This document shows positions 13,301 to 28,300 of a stretch of 64,000 nucleotides of DNA, piece by piece. Made by a program: the position numbers and the translations under genes. Position 1 is the first letter of the stretch; each line of letters begins with the position of its first letter. Source of the stretch: Adineta vaga (Eukaryota; Animalia; Rotifera); assembly GCA_021613535.1 (NCBI GenBank), contig CP075497.1, positions 5,642,001 to 5,706,000 of the forward strand, written 5' to 3'. The notes under the pieces were generated by a model. The model made no database searches. It was not told the origin of the DNA and saw only the letters and a program-made list of their open reading frames with translations.

Positions 13301-16300
13301 GACGAGAAAAATTCATAAATAATTAAACATGATTGATAAAGATTAGTACTTTTAGTCTTGTTACACATGCCACAACATTGGCCAGGTGAAGGAGGAATCC
13401 ATGTATAACGATAATTGGGATCTTGATTTTGTTTCAATAAGCATGTTTTTTCATTTTCTGAACATATAGTACCACATTCTAGTTTACCATCGTGACAAGT
13501 ACATATTTCACATGGATTATTTGGATTAGTAATAACGTATTGTGGCTAAATAATTTGTAAACTAGATATGAATTGACTAATTTTTTTTGATGAACTTACT
13601 GGTACAGTAATGGTTTCTGTTCCATTCTGTATATCACAATTTGTATGAGGAGTTGTAACCGAAGTAGTAGCTGGTGTTGTTGTCATTGTTGTGGTTGTAC
13701 CTTGAAAGATTACAAAAGAAAAACATAAACTCTTAACATTGTTTTATATTATTGTACTTACAAATTTCATTGCAATTCTCATACTGAATTTCTTGAAGAA
13801 CAGTTCTATTACTGTTATCGGTTATATAACCCACTTCTGAGTCTGATGATGGCATACACGTTTGTCCAGCACATTGAGGTTCTGGTGATGCACATAAATG
13901 AGATCGATGACGAGTTCCTTTACATGTTTGACTACATGGGGTCCAATCTGCCCATAAAGTCCATTGACCATCAATGTTTACACCATCATTTGGTTGAGTT
14001 TCAAGTATACCTGTTTCAAGACAGATACTAAATAAAATAGAGAAATTAGGAGACATAAGATATGGGTTTTTGTTGATTATGAATATTCAAATATATTTAC
14101 GTTTTGTTGCATGGTGTTTCTTCAATAACTTCACCGACTTTGTACGTAATTATAGTACCATTTTGAGTTGTCATTGTACAAACAACTGTACAATTTGAAG
14201 AACATGTTCGTCTGTCTTCTTCTGTACGTTCATCGAGACAATTTTGTCCAGAATATGTTCGGAAACGACTTTGTGTACCATTACAAGTATCCGAACAATC
14301 GGTAAACGGTCCCCATTGCGACCATTCACATACAGTACAATTCTGATTTTCCTTTATTATGCAGCCATCCTTACATGTATATCTTGTACATGGATCTCGA
14401 ATATTACTTTCACCATTAATTAAAACAGTACCATCAGCTGGTAGATGACACACACATTCTTTACGATCAACACATTGACCATTAGGTGCCATAACTTGAG
14501 GTGGTGGACATATGCAACCTTGTATACATCTATCTGGTCTTCGACATTGATTATCACATGTTAATGAGTCACATGTTCGATCACAATCATTAGCGCATTC
14601 ATGATATATTTTACCATCAGTACAATTTGGTTCTGAAAAGAATAAAAATACATTTAGAAAGATTAGTTAATTTCTCTTCAATCTATCGGTTCAAATACTT
14701 ACCACATGAATGTGCATTGCATACTTGCGTTTGATAAGAGTTTCCTTTACATGGTTCGCCTTTACATGATGGTGATGGATTCGTACAAGAACGATTTCGT
14801 TGTTGCACTCCAGAATCACATGATTTTGAACAATTTGACCAATTTGACCATTCCGTATATTTTCCATCGACAGGACAACATTGTGTGTTACATGGCCGTG
14901 TCTCATATAGATTTATTCTTGTACAATTTTCATTTCCTGATGTTTTAAATTGGCGTGTACGTTTCTGTTGACCAGTACCACACTTCTCTGAACATGATGA
15001 CCATTGACACCAATCAGTTACGTCACATGTACAATTAAAACCTTCGATACATGGACATGGATCACCTACACATGGTAATGTTTCGATTATTTGTCGCGCA
15101 CATAGTGGATTAAATAGATATGTTGGAATCAAATTTTGTGAACGTATTCGAACTCCTGTTTGAGCACATGATGCATTACATTCACTCCATTCAGACCACG
15201 ATTGATATTTGCAATCATCTTTGAATAAAAATTTTCGTATATTAAATCAACACATAGTTTTATTTGATTTACCTAAACATGGAACTTTTTCCTTGGTTAT
15301 TCCGTTCGGTTTACATGCAAGTTGCGTGCAATTATCAATAAAAATTGACGCATTTCGGTCAATCTTATCATCAATTTTTATCGATATATCTGTTACTAAT
15401 AATGTTGTTGAATTGATCAAATATCCAACAAAATCTATAGGGAAAAAGCAAAGAATTTTATTTTTCTTGTATTGAATTAAAATAAATTAAACTAAACTTA
15501 CCGTCATTTGGTGGATCTCTTTCTAACTGTTCACGATACTTATCACGTGTTATCGTACATTCTTCACAAGCTATGTTCAAACATTGTTCTGTTTCATATG
15601 TTGGTTCTTGACATGAACCACTGATAACTGACCGTGATCGATATCGAGTTCGAACATATTGACATTCAGGTGAACATTTTGACCAATCTTCCCATTGACC
15701 AAGAACACAACCAGGTGTCGTACCAGTTAAGAGAGTTGTTGATGATAATGACGTAACTAAAGGAAAAAAAGAAGCTTTTTATGAATGGTTCTCGTTGATA
15801 TCGATCATATACCAGTAGTAATATTAGCCGATGGTGTGCCTGATGAACCAATACTAGCAGATACTACTGTTGTTGAACTATATTCTAAACGATTACAAAA
15901 CATATATTGAAATACAAGTATTTTCATCTTCAAATTCGCTTACGTTCAGGAACACATCCGATCACAACAAGAGTAATATTTGTCGGTAGCTTTTCATCAG
16001 TTGTACTGATTATTTTAATTTCAAACTTTCCAATCGGTATCTGAGGTACAAGTTGTTGAACCTAAATCAAGTATGAATGATAATAAAATAGTAATATATC
16101 TTGAAAATCATACTATCGTAACGCCACGAATTGTTTCTACAATCCAAGCTTCACCATTGTCTTTTCGAACGACTTCCCCATTAGTATCATAGAATTGCAC
16201 TTGAATTTGATTCACATTACTTTCTCCATTCTTATTTGGAACAGATATGGAAATAATTTGTGATACGATAACCGCGTTCACTTCAACCAAAAACGTAGGT

Positions 16301-19300
16301 TGAGCAGAACCACTAGATGTGAAGCCTGGCGCATCTGAACGAATTGATGACATTGGTATTGAAACATCCGTTTCAATTTGTTTGATCGCCAGTATCGCAT
16401 TATCGTAATACATAACATCACTATTATAACATGGAGCACCACTTGTTCCTGAAAAAGAATATTAGCAAATGCATAAAAACATTCAAACAACCAACCAAAC
16501 AAATCCACTCCAACTACACACTCTATCACGCTCATCAACTGCGCTTCAGAAACTAGAAATTCTGCGAGGACATTTAAAATAAACCATATCATTCCAATAC
16601 AACGCAACTCTCTGTACGAAGTCACCTATTTCACCATTAAGACATCAGTACACAAACTAAACATAAGCAATCACTCAGACAAAAAATTCTGCTTCACAGT
16701 ACGCCACCACACAAAACCGAGCATTCAAATAACAGTCTTGTATACATCAGAAACAAAAAAAATATACATACCACTGCTAGAACTGGATGCCGGTCATACC
16801 AGAACTTAGAGTAACAAAAGTAGTACTACCACTCAAAGCCGTATACATTGTACTTTCCGTCAATGATGTCAACGATGTTAGCCCAGTACCTTGTGTAGAC
16901 GCTGCAGTATACGATGTTGCCGGAGTGCCTTGTGTTCCTGGCGTTGAAGCTCCGGTGTATGGTGTTGAGAGTGTTGAAGCTCCCGTATATGGTGTTGCTG
17001 GTGCTCCAGACGTTGAAGCACCTGTGTATGGTGTTGATGGTGTTGAAGCACCTGTGTATGGAGTTCCTGGAGTTGAAGCACCGGTATATGGTGTTGATGG
17101 TGTTGAAGCACCGGTGTATGGTGTTCCTGGTGTTGTGGCACCGGTATATGGTGTTGATGGTGTTGAAGCTCCTGTGTATGGTGTGCCTGGAGTTGAAGCA
17201 CCGGTGTATGGTGTTGATGGTGTTGAAGCTCCTGTATATGGAGTTCCTGGTGTTGATGGTGTAGAAGCACCTGTGTATGGAGTTCCTGGAGTTGTAGCAC
17301 CGGTATATGGAGTTGATGGTGTTGAAGCACCGGTATATGCTGTTGATGGTGTTGAAGCTCCTGTGTATGGTGTTGTTGGTGTTGAAGCACCTGTGTATGG
17401 TGTTCCTGGAGTTGTAGCACCGGTATATGGTGTTCCTGGAGTTGAAGCACCGGTATATGGTGTTGATGGTGTTGAAGCACCTGTATATGGAGTTCCGGGA
17501 GTTGAAGCACCGGTATATGGTGTTGATGGTGTTGAAGCTCCTGTATATGGTGTGCCTGGAGTTGAAGCACCGGTGTATGGTGTACCTGGAGTTGAAGCAC
17601 CTGTGTACGGTGTTGCTGGTGCTCCAGACGTTGAAGCACCTGTGTATGGTGTTGATGGTGTTGAAGCACCTGTGTATGGAGTTCCTGGTGTTGTAGCACC
17701 GGTGTATGGTGTGCCTGGAGTTGAAGCACCGGTGTATGGGGTTCCTGGTGTTGTGGCACCGGTATATGGTGTTGAGGGTGTTGAAGCACCGGTGTATGGT
17801 GTGCCTGGTGTTGTAGCACCGGTATATGGTGTTGAGGGTGTTGAAGCACCGGTATATGGAGTTCCTGGTGTTGATGGTGTTGAAGCGCCCGTGTATGGAG
17901 TTCCTGGTGTTGTAGCACCGGTATATGGTGTTGAGGGTGTTGAAGCTCCTGTATATGGTGTGCCTGGAGTTGAAGCACCGGTGTATGGTGTTCCTGGTGT
18001 TGTGGCACCGGTATATGGAGTTGATGGTGTTGAAGCTCCTGTGTATGGTGTGCCTGGAGTTGAAGCACCGGTGTATGGTGTTCCTGGTGTTGATGGTGTA
18101 GAAGCACCTGTGTATGGAGTTCCTGGAGTTGAAGCACCGGTATATGGTGTTGATGGTGTTGAAGCACCTGTGTATGGAGTTCCTGGTGTTGTGGCACCGG
18201 TATATGGAGTTGATGGTGTTGAAGCTCCCGTATATGGTGTTGCTGGTGCTCCAGACGTTGAAGCACCTGTGTATGGTGTTGATGGTGTTGAAGCACCTGT
18301 GTATGGAGTTCCTGGTGTTGTAGCACCGGTGTATGGTGTGCCTGGAGTTGAAGCACCGGTGTATGGGGTTCCTGGTGTTGTGGCACCGGTATATGGTGTT
18401 GAGGGTGTTGAAGCTCCTGTATATGGTGTGCCTGGAGTTGAAGCTCCTGTGTATGGTGTTCCTGGTGTTGAGGCACCGGTGTATGGTGTTGCTGGTGTTG
18501 AAGCTCCTGTGTATGGTGTTCCTGGAGTTGAGGCACCGGTGTATGGTGTTGCTGGTGTTGAAGCTCCTGTGTATGGTGTTCCTGGAGTTGAGGCACCGGT
18601 GTATGGTGTTGCTGGTGTTGAAGCTCCTGTGTATGGTGTGCCTGGAGTTGAAGCACCGGTGTATGGTGTTGATGGTGTTGAAGCTCCTGTATATGGTGTT
18701 CCTGGTGTTGTGGCACCGGTATATGGTGTTGATGGTGTTGAAGCACCTGTATATGGTGTGCCTGGAGTTGAAGCACCGGTGTATGGTGTTGATGGTGTTG
18801 AAGCTCCTGTATATGGTGTTCCTGGTGTTGTGGCACCGGTATATGGTGTTGATGGTGTTGAAGCACCTGTATATGGTGTGCCTGGAGTTGAAGCACCGGT
18901 GTATGGTGTGCCTGGTGTTGTAGCTCCGGTATATGGAGTTGATGGTGTTGAAGCTCCTGTGTATGGAGTTCCTGGTGTTGTAGCACCGGTATATGGTGTT
19001 GAGGGTGTTGAAGCTCCTGTATATGGTGTGCCTGGAGTTGAAGCACCGGTGTATGGTGTTCCTGGTGTTGTGGCACCGGTATATGGAGTTGATGGTGTTG
19101 AAGCTCCTGTGTATGGTGTGCCTGGAGTTGAAGCACCGGTGTATGGTGTTGATGGTGTTGAAGCTCCTGTATATGGTGTTCCTGGTGTTGTGGCACCGGT
19201 ATATGGTGTTGATGGTGTTGAAGCTCCTGTGTATGGTGTGCCTGGAGTTGAAGCACCGGTGTATGGTGTTGATGGTGTTGAAGCTCCTGTATATGGAGTT

Positions 19301-22300
19301 CCTGGTGTTGATGGTGTAGAAGCACCTGTGTATGGAGTTCCTGGAGTTGTAGCACCGGTATATGGAGTTGATGGTGTTGAAGCACCGGTATATGCTGTTG
19401 ATGGTGTTGAAGCTCCTGTGTATGGTGTTGTTGGTGTTGAAGCACCTGTGTATGGTGTTCCTGGAGTTGTAGCACCGGTATATGGTGTTCCTGGAGTTGA
19501 AGCACCGGTATATGGTGTTGATGGTGTTGAAGCACCTGTATATGGAGTTCCGGGAGTTGAAGCACCGGTATATGGTGTTGATGGTGTTGAAGCTCCTGTA
19601 TATGGTGTGCCTGGAGTTGAAGCACCGGTGTATGGTGTTGATGGTGTTGAAGCTCCTGTATATGGTGTTCCTGGTGTTGTGGCACCGGTATATGGAGTTG
19701 ATGGTGTTGAAGCTCCTGTGTATGGTGTGCCTGGAGTTGAAGCACCGGTGTATGGTGTTGATGGTGTTGAAGCTCCTGTATATGGTGTTGAGGGTGTTGA
19801 AGCACCTGTGTATGGTGTTCCTGGTGTTGATGGTGTAGAAGCACCTGTGTATGGAGTTCCTGGAGTTGTAGCACCGGTATATGGAGTTGATGGTGTTGAA
19901 GCACCGGTATATGCTGTTGATGGTGTTGAAGCTCCTGTGTATGGTGTTGTTGGTGTTGAAGCACCTGTGTATGGTGTTCCTGGAGTTGTAGCACCGGTAT
20001 ATGGTGTTCCTGGAGTTGAAGCACCGGTATATGGTGTTGATGGTGTTGAAGCACCTGTATATGGAGTTCCGGGAGTTGAAGCACCGGTATATGGTGTTGA
20101 TGGTGTTGAAGCTCCTGTATATGGTGTGCCTGGAGTTGAAGCACCGGTGTATGGTGTGCCTGGTGTTGTAGCTCCGGTATATGGAGTTGAGGGTGTTGAA
20201 GCTCCTGTGTATGGTGTTCCTGGTGTTGTGGCACCGGTATATGGTGTTGAGGGTGTTGAAGCTCCTGTATATGGTGTGCCTGGAGTTGAAGCACCGGTGT
20301 ATGGTGTGCCTGGTGTTGTAGCTCCGGTATATGGAGTTGAGGGTGTTGAAGCTCCTGTGTATGGTGTGCCTGGTGTTGTGGCACCGGTATATGGTGTTCC
20401 TGGTGTTGAAGCACCGGTATATGGTGTTGAGGGTGTTGAAGCACCTGTGTATGGAGTTCCTGGTGTTGAAGCACCGGTATAGGGTGTTGATGGTGTTGAA
20501 GCACCTGTGTATGGAGTTCCTGGAGTTGAAGCACCGGTATATGGTGTTGAGGGTGTTGAAGCACCCGTGTATGGTGTGCCAGGAGTTGTAGCACCGGTAT
20601 ATGGAGTTGAGGGTGTTGAAGCGCCCGTGTATGGTGTGCCAGGAGTTGTAGCACCGGTATATGGTGTTGAGGGTGTTGAAGCTCCTGTATATGGTGTGCC
20701 TGGAGTTGAAGCACCGGTGTATGGTGTTCCTGGAGTTGTAGCACCGGTATATGGAGTTGATGGTGTTGAAGCGCCCGTGTATGGTGTGCCAGGAGTTGTA
20801 GCACCGGTATATGGTGTTGATGGTGTTGAAGCTCCTGTGTATGGTGTTCCTGGAGTTGAAGCACCGGTGTATGGTGTTGCTGGTGTTGAAGCTCCTGTGT
20901 ATGGTGTTCCTGGTGTTGAGGCACCGGTGTATGGTGTTGATGGTGTTGAAGCTCCTGTGTATGGTGTGCCTGGAGTTGAAGCACCGGTGTATGGTGTTCC
21001 TGGTGTTGATGGTGTAGAAGCACCTGTGTATGGAGTTCCTGGAGTTGTAGCACCGGTATATGGAGTTGATGGTGTTGAAGCGCCCGTGTATGGTGTGCCA
21101 GGATTTGTAGCACCGGTATATGGTGTTGAGGGTGTTGAAGCTCCTGTATATGGTGTGCCTGGAGTTGAAGCACCGGTGTATGGTGTTCCTGGTGTTGTGG
21201 CACCGGTATATGGAGTTGATGGTGTTGAAGCTCCTGTGTATGGTGTGCCTGGAGTTGAAGCACCGGTGTATGGTGTTCCTGGTGTTGATGGTGTAGAAGC
21301 ACCTGTGTATGGAGTTCCTGGAGTTGTAGCACCGGTATATGGAGTTGATGGTGTTGAAGCTCCTGTGTATGGTGTGCCTGGAGTTGAAGCACCGGTGTAT
21401 GGTGTTCCTGGTGTTGATGGTGTAGAAGCACCTGTGTATGGAGTTCCTGGAGTTGTAGCACCGGTATATGGAGTTGATGGTGTTGAAGCGCCCGTGTATG
21501 GTGTGCCAGGAGTTGTAGCACCGGTATATGGAGTTGATGGTGTTGAAGCTCCTGTGTATGGTGTGCCTGGAGTTGAAGCACCGGTGTATGGTGTTCCTGG
21601 TGTTGAAGCACCGGTATATGGTGTTGAGGGTGTTGAAGCACCTGTGTATGGAGTTCCTGGTGTTGAAGCACCGGTATAGGGTGTTGATGGTGTTGAAGCA
21701 CCTGTGTATGGAGTTCCTGGAGTTGAAGCACCGGTATATGGTGTTGAGGGTGTTGAAGCACCGGTATATGGTGTTGAGGGTGTTGAAGCACCTGTATATG
21801 GTGTGCCTGGAGTTGAAGCACCGGTGTATGGTGTTCCTGGAGTTGTAGCACCGGTATATGGAGTTGATGGTGTTGAAGCTCCTGTGTATGGTGTGCCTGG
21901 AGTTGAAGCACCGGTGTATGGTGTTCCTGGTGTTGTGGCACCGGTATAGGGTGTTGATGGTGTTGAAGCACCTGTGTATGGAGTTCCTGGAGTTGAAGCA
22001 CCGGTATATGGTGTTGAGGGTGTTGAAGCACCTGTGTATGGAGTTCCTGGTGTTGAAGCACCGGTATAGGGTGTTGATGGTGTTGAAGCACCTGTGTATG
22101 GTGTTCCTGGAGTTGAAGCACCGGTGTATGGTGTTGCTGGTGTTGAAGCACCTGTGTATGGTGTTCCTGGTGTTGAAGCACCGGTGTATGGTGTTGCTGG
22201 TGTTGAAGCACCTGTGTATGGTGTTCCTGGTGTTGAAGCACCGGTGTATGGTGTTGCTGGTGTTGAAGCACCTGTGTATGGTGTGCCTGGAGTTGAAGCA

Positions 22301-25300
22301 CCGGTGTATGGTGTTGATGGTGTTGAAGCTCCGGTATATGGTGTTGAGGGTGTTGAAGCACCTGTGTATGGAGTTCCTGGTGTTGAAGCACCGGTATAGG
22401 GTGTTGATGGTGTTGAAGCACCTGTGTATGGAGTTCCTGGAGTTGAAGCACCGGTATATGGTGTTGAGGGTGTTGAAGCACCGGTATATGGTGTTGAGGG
22501 TGTTGAAGCACCTGTATATGGTGTGCCTGGAGTTGAAGCACCGGTGTATGGTGTGCCTGGTGTTGTAGCTCCGGTATATGGAGTTGATGGTGTTGAAGCT
22601 CCTGTATATGGTGTTCCTGGTGTTGTGGCACCGGTATATGGTGTTCCTGGTGTTGTGGCACCGGTATATGGTGTTCCTGGTGTTGATGGTGTAGAAGCAC
22701 CTGTGTATGGAGTTCCTGGAGTTGTAGCACCGGTATATGGAGTTGATGGTGTTGAAGCGCCCGTGTATGGTGTGCCAGGAGTTGTAGCACCGGTATATGG
22801 TGTTGAGGGTGTTGAAGCTCCTGTATATGGTGTTCCTGGTGTTGTGGCACCGGTATATGGTGTTGATGGTGTTGAAGCACCTGTATATGGTGTGCCTGGA
22901 GTTGAAGCACCGGTGTATGGTGTGCCTGGTGTTGTAGCTCCGGTATATGGAGTTGATGGTGTTGAAGCTCCTGTGTATGGAGTTCCTGGTGTTGTAGCAC
23001 CGGTATATGGTGTTGATGGTGTTGAAGCACCGGTATATGCTGTTGATGGTGTTGAAGCTCCTGTGTATGGTGTTGATGGTGTTGAAGCACCTGTATATGG
23101 AGTTCCTGGTGTTGTGGCACCGGTATATGGAGTTGATGGTGTTGAAGCTCCTGTGTATGGAGTTCCTGGTGTTGTAGCACCGGTATATGGTGTTGATGGT
23201 GTTGAAGCACCTGTGTAGGGTGTTCCGGGAGTTGAGGCACCTGTGTATGGTTTTTCTGTAGTTGACGCTGTTGTTATTCCAGTGGACGGTGTGGTAGGTC
23301 CGGTTGGTCCTCCAGTCGGTCCAGTAGGGGATGCTGTACCTGCCGTTGGTCCACCTGTTGACTGTGTGTATGATGTACCACTTGATGGTGTCGCTACAGT
23401 TGTCAACGTAGTTATTGCGATTGAAGGTGTTGATCCAGAGATAGTTGGTGGAACTGTTCCAGTCGTCACAACTGTTGTAGCCGTCGATGGTGTGTAACAA
23501 GCGATGATGGATACAGTCACATCAGTTGGTGCTGCACCATTGGGTGTGTTAAAGATGATTGTGACTGTGCTACCCTCTGGCAGAGGTTGATTGTAGGTGA
23601 CTGCCACTGTTGGTGTACCAGATGGAGATGTTTGACTGAAGAGAACTGTACCATCGGGTTGTTTCACAATGACAGTGATACTGTCGACATTGGTTGTTGG
23701 ACTTGGTACAGAAACTGAACTGAGAATGGGTGTTGTGCCTGATGTGAATGGAATAATGACAGATGCATTATTATTGATGAAATTAACACCGGGAGATTCG
23801 GGATTGAGTTCTGAAACGGATGTAGACCCAGGTGCTCCGATGAATATTGCCTGATTGATGTATTGTGGACTGGTCATGCCTATAATGGAATTAGGTGATT
23901 GCGATGATGAAGTAGAGAGAAAACATACCATCAATAAGTGGACAAATGACAGTTGTAGTGATGGGTGTTCCTGGAGCAAGTGTTGATTGGATTGATGCTT
24001 GCGTTGATCCTGTTACACCTAAATGATATCGAAGTTGATTGCTAAACTTTTTATTTTTCATATTATAAATTTTGCGAAAATACAGGACTACATATTACGC
24101 TTTATGGCAGGTATATTTTAAGAAACTTCATAACGATCGAACTATCAATGTGAAGATGACGGAAACATAAAGAATGAACTAAAAGATTTTAACATTCAGT
24201 CATATTGAACAAATTTTTTACCGACATAGAATGTTCGTAACTCTTCAAGATCATTAAATACTGTCAATCAGACTGACATACATGGGTAACTTTGAGCAAG
24301 CTCTATCGGTGTAACCATAAACGAAGACAAAACTATAAGCATCATATTATTTAATTTCGCAAGCGTGAAGGACACCAGATCACTCTTGCAGGGTTCTTGG
24401 AGAGATTCGCATAGAAACAAATACTTCTACTAACGAAATATGTTGACACTTCAAACGTTCACCACACGACTCAGTCAATTAGAGACACACGGCGGGTCCA
24501 TAACAGAGAACCTACATAGGTACATATTTCCAAAACAATCGATATTTTCAGGAAGACTACGAAAATAAGCGTTTTTTTATATCGAATATTGATGTGAAGC
24601 GCGAGTGGATGCACTTTATATACTAAAACATGCAGTATCACAAATCGCAGGTATGTGAATGCGGTGATAGTCACTTTCTTACCAGTACTTCCAGGATAAG
24701 CTGTTGAACCTGTAGCGGTAGTTCCTTGTGTCACTACAGTTGTCAACGTAGTTATTGTGATTGAAGGCGTTGATCCAGAGATAGATGGTGGAACTGTTCC
24801 TGTCGTTACAACGGTTGTAGCCGTCGATGGTGCGTAACAAGCGATAATGGATACAGTCACATCAGTTGGTGCTGCACCATTGGGCGTGTTAAAGATGATT
24901 GTGACTGTGCTACCCTCTGGCAGAGGTTGATTATAAGTGACTGCAACTGTTGGTGTACCAGATGGAGATGTTTGATTGAAGAGAACTGTACCATCGGGTT
25001 GTTTCACAATGACAGTGATACTGTCGACATTGGTTGTCGGACTTGGTACAGAAACTGAACTGAGAATGGGTGTTGTGCCTGATGTGAATGGAATAATGAC
25101 AGATGCATTATTATTGATGAAATTAACACCAGGAGATTCAGGATTGAGTTCCGAAACGGTTGTAGACCCGGGTGCTCCGATGAATATTGCCTGATTGATG
25201 TATTGTGGATTGGTCATGCCTATAATGGAATGAGGTGAGTGATGATGAAGTAGAGAGAAAACATACCATCAATAAGTGGACAAATGACAGTTGTAGTGGT

Positions 25301-28300
25301 GGGTGTTCCTGGAGCAAGTGTTGATTGGATTGATGCTTGCGTTGATCCTGTTACACCTAAACGGTACATAAGTGAATTTTTAACGTTTTTTCCTTATCAT
25401 AAACTTAGTGAATATATCACAGTAACGAAAACACATGGATATCGAGTGTGCTCGAAGATTTCCACATATCTCTGCTGTTGACATATGTGTTTCTCCACAT
25501 TTATTCTTTGTAACAAATACAGATTATTAAACCCTATCAATCATATTGATTCATATACGCGACTTTATTCATGCTCTATCCATGTTAACAGAAGACAACA
25601 ATTGAATATGAGGTTAACGTTATTTATTGCATCAACAATTCTCAGAAATATAACCTTGCTAGTGCTCATAATACGAAAATGACCGTATTTTTATATCGAC
25701 TGCGGATATGTGACGCGAGCGGATACACTTTGTCTACGCAATGCAAGCGATTTTACCAATTAAATAAGATGTCAAGAGGAGAATAGTAACTATCTTACCA
25801 GTACTTCCAGGATAAGCTGTTGAACCTGTAGCGGCAGTTCCTTGTGTCACTACAGTTGTCAGCGTAGTTATTGTGATTGAAGGCGTTGATCCAGAGATAG
25901 TTGGTGGAACTGTTCCAGTCGTTACAACTGTTGTAGCCGTCGATGGTGTGTAACAAGCGATAATGGATACAGTCACATCAGTTGGTGCTGCACCATTGGG
26001 TGTGTTAAATATGATTGTGACTGTGCTACCCTCTGGTAGAGGTTGATTGTAAGTGACATCAACTGTGGGTGTACCAGATGGAGATGTTTGACTGAAGAGA
26101 ACTGTACCATCGGGTTGTTTCACAATGACAGTGATACTGTCGACATTAGTGGTCGGACTTGGTACAGAAACTGAACTGAGAATGGGTGTTGTGCCTGATG
26201 TGAATGGAATAATGACAGATGCATTATTATTGATGAAATTAACACCGGGTGACTCGGGATTGAGTTCCGAAACGGTTGTAGACCCAGGTGCTCCGATGAA
26301 TATTGCCTGATTGATGTATTGTGGATTGGTCATGCCTATAGTGGAATGAGGTGAGAGATGATGAAGTAGAGAGAAAACATACCATCAATGAGTGGACAAA
26401 TGACTGTTGTAGTGGTGGGTGTTCCTGGAGCAAGTGTTGATTGGGTTGATGGTGGTGGTGTTGATCCCGTAACACCTAAACGAGATAAAAGTGAATTATT
26501 GACGTTTCTCATTTTCTTATCAGAAATGGCGTCAAAATATAAAACAAATCATCAAGTTATGACTCAGGCATACATTGGGAAACTTTCGTAAGGATCGAAT
26601 GATCAAAGTGACGGACACAAATAGATAAATAATGCGCCTGAAGAACTGCACATATGCGTGCCGCTGTCACATGTGTGGGTCCACATTTAATGCTCCTAAA
26701 ACATCATGCTTATTATAACTAGCAATGATATTTAATCATACAGCCGACTTTGGTCGAGCGCTGTCCATGATAATACAGGACAACAATTGAATATATCGTG
26801 GACATTATTTATTCTTTAACCAATTCGTAGAAACATTTCCTTCTACATTACGAACATGCTTACATATCTACTGACCTCAAATCAAGAAAGAACATTTATG
26901 AAATGAAGTTGTCATCTTTTTGTATGAGTCCACATTATCAAAACAATTACAGAGGGAAGCAATACATTGGAACGTATGGGACACATAGAAATATTAATGA
27001 AAAAAAGGCTGGTCATTGTTCGCCCATTACATTTATCATCTTGTTCTTACTTCTACGTCATTGTCGGCATCTCAGACAAGGACTGACCGTCTATACACGG
27101 TTTTACTATACGGCTTGTTGGGTGACATATCGTAAATTTCGAGAAAGTGAAAAGTAACGTTACACCCAAGAGAAAAATGACATGATATAACATGCGACAC
27201 GTGAAGGATGTATCATCAGAACAATACCTCTCAGCTAAGTACGAATTGAAAAAAAACGATTATTATGACAACAGAGACACATCATCTTTCCATCGATCAA
27301 TTATCTCCTGTTACCACCGTGGATAATAAAGATTCAATATCGAAGAACATGCTTTTATTGCTCATTATATTAAAATGTAATCGTCAGTTGCAGTAGTTCA
27401 TTAATTTTTTTAATGTTGCTAATGGTGTGTTTCGTATTATATTCTCGCTCAATTAAATATATAGTTAATCAGTGTTTTTTGGTACTTTATATACGTGCTT
27501 TTATACGTAGGCTAAGATGAGAAAATCACTGCACATGACTAATCATAAAGCATAATCACGTAAATTTGATTCCGGAGTTGAGTCCGAGCAAACGTTTCAA
27601 ACTAAGACTAGACCTCGAGCTGCCCATCTCCGCGTTATCTTACCGGTACTTCCAGGGTAAACCGTTGAACCTGTAGCGGCAGTTCCTTGTGTCACAACAG
27701 TTGTAATTGTATTGATTGTGATTGAGGGTGTTGATCCAGAGATAGTTGGTGGAACTGTTCCAGTCGTCACAACTGTTGTAGCCGTCGATGGTGTGTAACA
27801 AGCGATAATGGATACAGTCACATCAGTTGGTGCTGCACCATTGGGTGTGTTAAAGATAATTGTGACTGTGCTACCCTCTGGTAGAGGTTGATTATAAGTG
27901 ACTGCAACAGTTGGTGTACCAGATGGAGATGTTTGACTGAAGAGAACTGTACCATCGGGTTGTTTTACAATGACCGTGATACTGTCGACATTGGTTGTCG
28001 GACTTGGTACAGAAACTGAACTGAGAATGGGTGTTGTGCCTGATGTGAATGGAATAATGACAGATGCATTATTATTGATGAAATTAACACCAGGAGATTC
28101 GGGATTGAGTTCTGAAACGGTTGTCGACGCAGGTGCACCGATGAATGTTGCCTGATTGATGTATTGTGGATTGGTCATGCCTATAATGGAATGAGGTGAG
28201 TGATGATGAAGTAGAGAGAAAACATACCATCAATAAGTGGACAAATGACAGTTGTAGTGGTGGGTGTTCCTGGAGCAAATGTTGATTGGGTTGATGGTGG

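Noticed and set aside
16787-23218. Long plus-strand ORFs of GVEAPVYGVP repeats (elastin/cuticle-like)
   Set aside because: Antisense shadow of the decapeptide exon; broken by TAG wherever the sense strand uses synonymous CCC-TAT, and sense-synonymous changes show selection is on the minus frame.
16960-23240. CRISPR-like ~30-nt periodicity
   Set aside because: Contiguous tandem units with no unique spacers, no cas genes, eukaryotic coding context.
16826-23500. Two alternative minus-strand ORFs >2100 aa (His/Gln-rich and NTIYRC-rich)
   Set aside because: The 30-nt unit happens to lack stops in those frames; variation is synonymous only in the Thr/Pro frame, which alone has in-phase splice connections.
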